IMG/VR virus record: IMGVR_UViG_3300033802_000252
Coordinates: 13,891 to 77,890 of that record
Length of the DNA stretch: 64,000 bases
Reading direction: 5' to 3' (one strand)
Source of the DNA: a virus
Shown: positions 59,567 to 64,000 of the stretch, in pieces
How the letters are laid out: every line of letters begins with the position of its first letter
Numbering within the stretch: the stretch's first letter is position 1
Translations under genes and position numbers: made by a program
Notes under the pieces: generated by a model
Told to the model about the DNA's origin: nothing
Databases searched by the model: none
The model's input: the letters and a program-made list of their open reading frames with translations, nothing else

Positions 59567-60901
59567 ATGAATACTTTAAGGAGCCAAGTTGAAAATCCAG
59601 CGATAACAGATTTGTTGCACACGTTGAATTCACAAATTAAAAGCAACAAAAAGATGCAGGTGGTAATCGACGCAACATTGGCGAAACATGGGGTAAAATA
59701 TGGAACCCTGAATGAAATTTTGGTTAACAATGACAAAATTGAGGATCTGAACAACGAGGAACTATGTCTTTTAGCTTATGCTGTCAGTGAGGTCGTTGAC
59801 AATGAAGATGTCTACACGTATAAAAAATACTTTGACCAAAACACACTGCAGAAAGCTCTTCAATACAATAAGAAAGATGGGGTACACTTTAAATATCCTT
59901 TTGCTCTCAATGGAGTGCTTAAAGGCTCAGATATTCTTTACAGCACCTTTGTTTCCGCAAAGTATTTGAAGATGCTGTGGGAAAATGAAGCGATCACTTA
60001 TAACATTGAAGTTCAAAGGCTTCCAAAGGAAAAGAAAAGAAAAGACGGGACAATTTATTTTCAACCAGACATTAAGCCTAAGAGTGTGAATGATATTGTA
60101 CAGTTGATGCTGAGTGGAAGATATAAGTCCAATTCATTGATTTTAAACATTCTGATGGATGGAAACGATGAAATCGAATATTCAGACGATGGTGTGTTGA
60201 CCGTATATGAAAACACGACAATCAATATTATCGATGGCGCTCACAGATTGGAAGCTGCATGTAAATCAGTTGAACAAGATCCTGATTTTGATGAGATGAT
60301 TCCAATTTTAATTTACCATCTGCCGCTCCATGAAGCTCAAGACGCTCTGAGCCAGATCAATACCTTCAATCCTTTTGATAAAACCTTGGTTAAGTATTTT
60401 GGCAATAAAAAGGTTTCTGAGCAAATTGTCAAGGATTTGATCAGTATTCCTGAATTGAATGGCAGAGTACGCATTAAAACTACGATTCCAAAAGGTTCTG
60501 TTTATTTAACAAATTTTGCTGTATTGTCTGAGGCAATTGATGTTGCTTTTGCTCCTGAGAATGCAAAGGATCGTTATACGGTTGCGGGGATCTTAAAAAG
60601 ATTTTTCGGGTATTTAATCTCTGCTTTTCCTGAATTTAATGACAAACTTGTTGAATCGCGGGAAAGCAGTTGGATAAACCACCATAATACGTTTTATGGC
60701 TATGTATTTTTGGCAAAGTCGTTGGTTGATAAATATGGTGAAAATTATCCTCTTGAGAAAATAGAGGAGGTTATTAAAAGCATCGATTTTGCTAAGAGGG
60801 ATGGTCTGCCATATAACGACATTATTTCACCACAGGGTAAGGTTAATTCCAATATCATTAAGCGCAACATTGGAGAGTTTTTTAAGGGAATCGAGGTGTA
60901 A
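59567..60901 (+). CDS. DndB/ParB-like protein (YopQ-like)
   Basis: YN..VQR, IIDGAHRL motif; adjacent to YopR-like gene. Confidence 0.7.
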   Translation: MNTLRSQVENPAITDLLHTLNSQIKSNKKMQVVIDATLAKHGVKYGTLNEILVNNDKIEDLNNEELCLLAYAVSEVVDNEDVYTYKKYFDQNTLQKALQYNKKDGVHFKYPFALNGVLKGSDILYSTFVSAKYLKMLWENEAITYNIEVQRLPKEKKRKDGTIYFQPDIKPKSVNDIVQLMLSGRYKSNSLILNILMDGNDEIEYSDDGVLTVYENTTINIIDGAHRLEAACKSVEQDPDFDEMIPILIYHLPLHEAQDALSQINTFNPFDKTLVKYFGNKKVSEQIVKDLISIPELNGRVRIKTTIPKGSVYLTNFAVLSEAIDVAFAPENAKDRYTVAGILKRFFGYLISAFPEFNDKLVESRESSWINHHNTFYGYVFLAKSLVDKYGENYPLEKIEEVIKSIDFAKRDGLPYNDIISPQGKVNSNIIKRNIGEFFKGIEV

Positions 60902-60904
60902 AAA

Positions 60905-61882
60905 GTGTCAAATATTGTGTATCAAAATGATGTATATAACAGCGATGTGAAGAATCAATATATAAGCGAAATTAAGTCAAGCTCTTCGATTTTTCGCATC
61001 TTCAAGGCAGCGGCACCACTTGAAGAATTTTTTGGTAAGGATCTATACAATTTCAACCGGGAAGAGCTAAGGAGCTTGTTTTTTGTCCTGAACCCATCGA
61101 AGATAAATGCCAGTTATCAAAACGGCGCCCTGGTTTCTGGTTATTTAGAATGGGCAATACAACATGGTTATAGAAAAGCGATTAATCCATTACTTTCGGT
61201 GGATAGAGAATATTACAAGCAGTTTGTGAACGCAGGTAAAATTTATTTTACTGAGGAAGAACTTGAAAATTTCATTAGCAAATGTAAGAACGCACAGGAT
61301 GCTGTGATAATTCGATTGAAAATGGAAGGCGTAGGGGGCGTGGCTAATTCTGAATTAATTAATCTGAAGATAGGGGATGTTAATGAAGAAAAAAGAGAAT
61401 TGCGGTTAATGAACCACGAAGGAGAAATACGTTATTTAACAGTGAGTGACAAATGTATCTCATTATGTTTGGCAGCTCAACGACAACAAACGTACTTAAA
61501 GAAAAATGGAGCGTATAAGAAAGAAACAAAAGCAACAACCACCAAGCTTGTTGAAAATGATTATATATTGAGGTCATCAATAACCAGAACTGAAAGCTAC
61601 CAAGAAGCTGAAAAACATTTGATTCATCGAAGATTAAAGGTACTTTCGGATTTCTTTAATGAGCCATATTTAACATCAACAAATATTATGTATTCCGGTA
61701 TGTTAATTATGGCTAGGGACATTTACAAGGAAACGGGAAAGTTGGACGTGGTTAATTGTAGCGCGATACTAACGAAATTTGGATTTGATGATGTTGGAGA
61801 GGGCGGTGAATTGGCTTATTACAGGTTCAAGAAAGAATTTTTGAATGTAGAAAAGGTAAAAGAACTGTATGGTTTAGATTAA
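60905..61882 (+). CDS. mrpR: Recombinase-fold master repressor (YopR/MrpR-like)
   Basis: 325 aa; YNSDVKNQY, KDLYNFN, NAQDAVII..MEG, IMYSGM; lacks catalytic HxxR/Y. Confidence 0.7.
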   Translation: MSNIVYQNDVYNSDVKNQYISEIKSSSSIFRIFKAAAPLEEFFGKDLYNFNREELRSLFFVLNPSKINASYQNGALVSGYLEWAIQHGYRKAINPLLSVDREYYKQFVNAGKIYFTEEELENFISKCKNAQDAVIIRLKMEGVGGVANSELINLKIGDVNEEKRELRLMNHEGEIRYLTVSDKCISLCLAAQRQQTYLKKNGAYKKETKATTTKLVENDYILRSSITRTESYQEAEKHLIHRRLKVLSDFFNEPYLTSTNIMYSGMLIMARDIYKETGKLDVVNCSAILTKFGFDDVGEGGELAYYRFKKEFLNVEKVKELYGLD

Positions 61883-62056
61883 GTAAAGTTTTAATATGCC
61901 ATTGGCCTTATTAGCTAAATGGCATATACATAAAAAATTATAAAAATAAAAATAGATAAATATATCATGACTCATAAGTATCAAATATTTTTGTTATTTA
62001 TGAGTGATGATATATAATATATATATGAGTTACTGGATATTGACTTCAAAATAAAG

Positions 62057-62404
62057 GTGGAACATCTTATGTTATATGGCGAAGATAAGGTAACTGGGGA
62101 TATAAAGGGGATAAAAATAAGTGATATTGGCATGATTACAATGAGAAATAAAATTCCCATAATAACAACAATTGATGGAGATCAATTTGCTTTGGTGACA
62201 AAATTTAATCAATTAAGTAAATTGTTAGGTGAAAAATATAATTTTTTATTAACGGATCGTGGAATATTAGTTAATAATATACATATTACTCAGGTGGATA
62301 AAGAAAGGAAGATATTGATAATAAACGATAACAAAGACATATATGCCACAGTATCAGAAAACAGAAGACATTTATTTTTTGAAAAACATGAAGAAGTATA
62401 TTGA
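62057..62404 (+). CDS. LytTR-type DNA-binding domain protein
   Basis: FLLTDRGILVN..HI motif. Confidence 0.65.
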   Translation: MEHLMLYGEDKVTGDIKGIKISDIGMITMRNKIPIITTIDGDQFALVTKFNQLSKLLGEKYNFLLTDRGILVNNIHITQVDKERKILIINDNKDIYATVSENRRHLFFEKHEEVY

Positions 62405-62451
62405 TTACATAATATTATATGCTTATAATAAGATACACGAACAAACGTTCG
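62401..62451 (+). promoter_or_regulatory. SigA promoter with downstream LexA box
   Basis: TTGATT-17-TATAAT then CGAACAAACGTTCG (62438-62451). Confidence 0.72.
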
Positions 62452-62692
62452 CATAAATTGTCAACTAAAATTCGGGGGGGATGATTTTTTGTTGTGATAT
62501 TACAAATAAGATAGTAATTTAAAAATTAGATTAAGGAGGTGATTTGTATGGAGCAAATAAAAACCATCAGATAATGGGGGGTCAAGTATCTGATGGTTTT
62601 TATGGACATGACAGATTATAATCGAAATTATGACCAAAGTAAAGTTAGGAATTGGATGAATGAAATTATAAATGAGAATTGAGGTGTGATAT

Positions 62693-62971
62693 TTGACTTA
62701 TAGCAATAACTATGCTGTTGTTATTATTCATACTTCAAAGAATCATGAATATTATTTTGGAAACGATATTGGGTGTGCATACAAGATATACGAAAAAAGT
62801 AAGGAGCAAATCATCAATGATAGGACAGAGTTTGTACAGTTGAGGATTTATCCAACCGAAAGTAAAATGCTGAAGTACATAGAAGCAAAAAAAGCATTTT
62901 ACAATGAATATGATTTAGATATTAAATTTAATCAGATCAACGAACCGCTTTGCAATGTGAAAATTAGTTGA
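62693..62971 (+). CDS. Hypothetical protein
   Basis: GAGG RBS, TTG start. Confidence 0.5.
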   Translation: MTYSNNYAVVIIHTSKNHEYYFGNDIGCAYKIYEKSKEQIINDRTEFVQLRIYPTESKMLKYIEAKKAFYNEYDLDIKFNQINEPLCNVKIS

Positions 62972-63048
62972 ATTAATAAAATGTCAAAGTGGAGTGGAAG
63001 CGGGTTATACCACTCCACTGTTGTTAAAACATTATAAGGTGATGTATA

Positions 63049-63744
63049 ATGGCTAAAATAATAAAAATAATAACAGCAGTAATTATTGTTTTATTGACAA
63101 GTGATTTTATCAACTACAATATAGTAAATAGCCAAGCAAATAAATCGACAATTAATGAAAAAGTTGATTTGGTTGAGTGGTATACAAATTCAACTTTAGC
63201 TCTCGTAAATAATGTAAAATATTATAATAAAAATATAGATGATAGAAGCAATATTATTGATAGTAAAGGTGAAAGACCAAAAATCAAAAATTTGAATTTA
63301 AATGATGATCTTTGTGATTATATTTGGATTAAATCAAATGAATATGATTTTTCGTATGAATTTGTGTTGGCTATAATTGGTGTCGAAAGTAATTATGGTC
63401 AGGCTAAAAAAAATAAAAATAAGAACGGAACGGTTGACGCTGGTTTAGCTCAAATTAACAGTAAAAATGTTAAGTGGTTGGCTGAAATGGCGGGAATAGA
63501 AGATGTTGATGTTTATAATGATTATCATAATGTTGATATGATGTTTGAATTGTTGAAGTATGAGCGTGATTATTTTAGAAAACTTGGTTATTCAGAAGAA
63601 GAAGTGTTTTTGTTGACTTGTCTCGCTTATAATATGGGGCGATCTGGCGCGATAAAATATGTTAAAAAGAATGGGTTTGTTGAAAATGATTATGTAAAAA
63701 AAGTATTGAGCGAAAAAGAAAAATTAGAAAGTGAAATATATTAA
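63049..63744 (+). CDS. Secreted SLT-family lytic transglycosylase
   Basis: Signal/TM; AIIGVESNY, DAGLAQIN, AYNMG motifs. Confidence 0.85.
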   Translation: MAKIIKIITAVIIVLLTSDFINYNIVNSQANKSTINEKVDLVEWYTNSTLALVNNVKYYNKNIDDRSNIIDSKGERPKIKNLNLNDDLCDYIWIKSNEYDFSYEFVLAIIGVESNYGQAKKNKNKNGTVDAGLAQINSKNVKWLAEMAGIEDVDVYNDYHNVDMMFELLKYERDYFRKLGYSEEEVFLLTCLAYNMGRSGAIKYVKKNGFVENDYVKKVLSEKEKLESEIY

Positions 63745-63755
63745 AGGAGGGTAAT

Positions 63756-64000
63756 ATGAAGATTATTGCGATTGAGGGTATTGATAAATCTGGTAAGTAT
63801 ACGCAGACAAGATTATTATGTGATAAATTAATCAATGACGGTTATCGAGTGCAGATTAGTGAATTTCATAGGTATGATCAACATACAGGAGCATTAATAA
63901 TGAAATGGTTGAAAAATGAGTGGAAAGCTTCACAGAATACTATAGAGCTAATAATGGCTGCTGATAAACAATTACAACAAGAATGGTTTGAAGAGTTGGA
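63756..64000 (+). CDS. tmk: Thymidylate kinase (partial, runs off window)
   Basis: MKIIAIEGIDKSGKYTQ P-loop; AGGAGG RBS. Confidence 0.8.
   Translation, partial: MKIIAIEGIDKSGKYTQTRLLCDKLINDGYRVQISEFHRYDQHTGALIMKWLKNEWKASQNTIELIMAADKQLQQEWFEEL

Noticed and set aside
59567-60901. Dnd phosphorothioation or GmrSD restriction system (with 53821..54828)
   Set aside because: No dndCDE or HNH/DUF1524 partner; both are stand-alone ParB-like domains.
60905-61882. Third active integrase
   Set aside because: Lacks HxxR and the catalytic Tyr context; fits the MrpR-type repressor.

Overview
64 kb of a large, AT-rich SPbeta-like temperate phage or prophage of a Bacillota host. A copper-amine-oxidase-N 'stalk' moron hints at a Paenibacillaceae/Bacillaceae host. 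60-30504 (minus strand): morphogenesis cluster largely collinear with the SPbeta yom/yon genes (tail, tape measure, YomM-like tyrosine recombinase, tRNA-Pro, major tail, head-tail, capsid, portal, terminase, YonJ/K-like, PhoH, HU). A GIY-YIG/HTH/Zn-finger gene sits where SPbeta has the YonO RNA polymerase. 30742-33800: second tyrosine recombinase, a winged-helix gene and a strand-skewed non-coding switch region with a LexA box. 33800-59400 (plus strand): a fast-turnover early/accessory region of small genes, including a sigma-like factor, LPD25-, DUF7007-, DUF3560-, DUF932- and DUF262-like proteins, a beta clamp and an orphan MazF. This region is organised by two repeated elements: 15 copies of a TATCGATATA-TAnnnT promoter-like motif, and recurring TAAAA-N6-TTTTA inverted sites at gene junctions. 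One such site also overlaps the stop codon of the YomM-like recombinase, suggesting a recombinase-driven gene-cassette system. Six non-autonomous IS200/IS605 mini-elements are scattered through the window, two retaining omega-RNA-like right ends. 59567-64000: YopQ-like and YopR(MrpR)-like regulators, LytTR, a lytic transglycosylase and the start of a thymidylate kinase. Family assignments come from motif recognition and synteny, not database searches.
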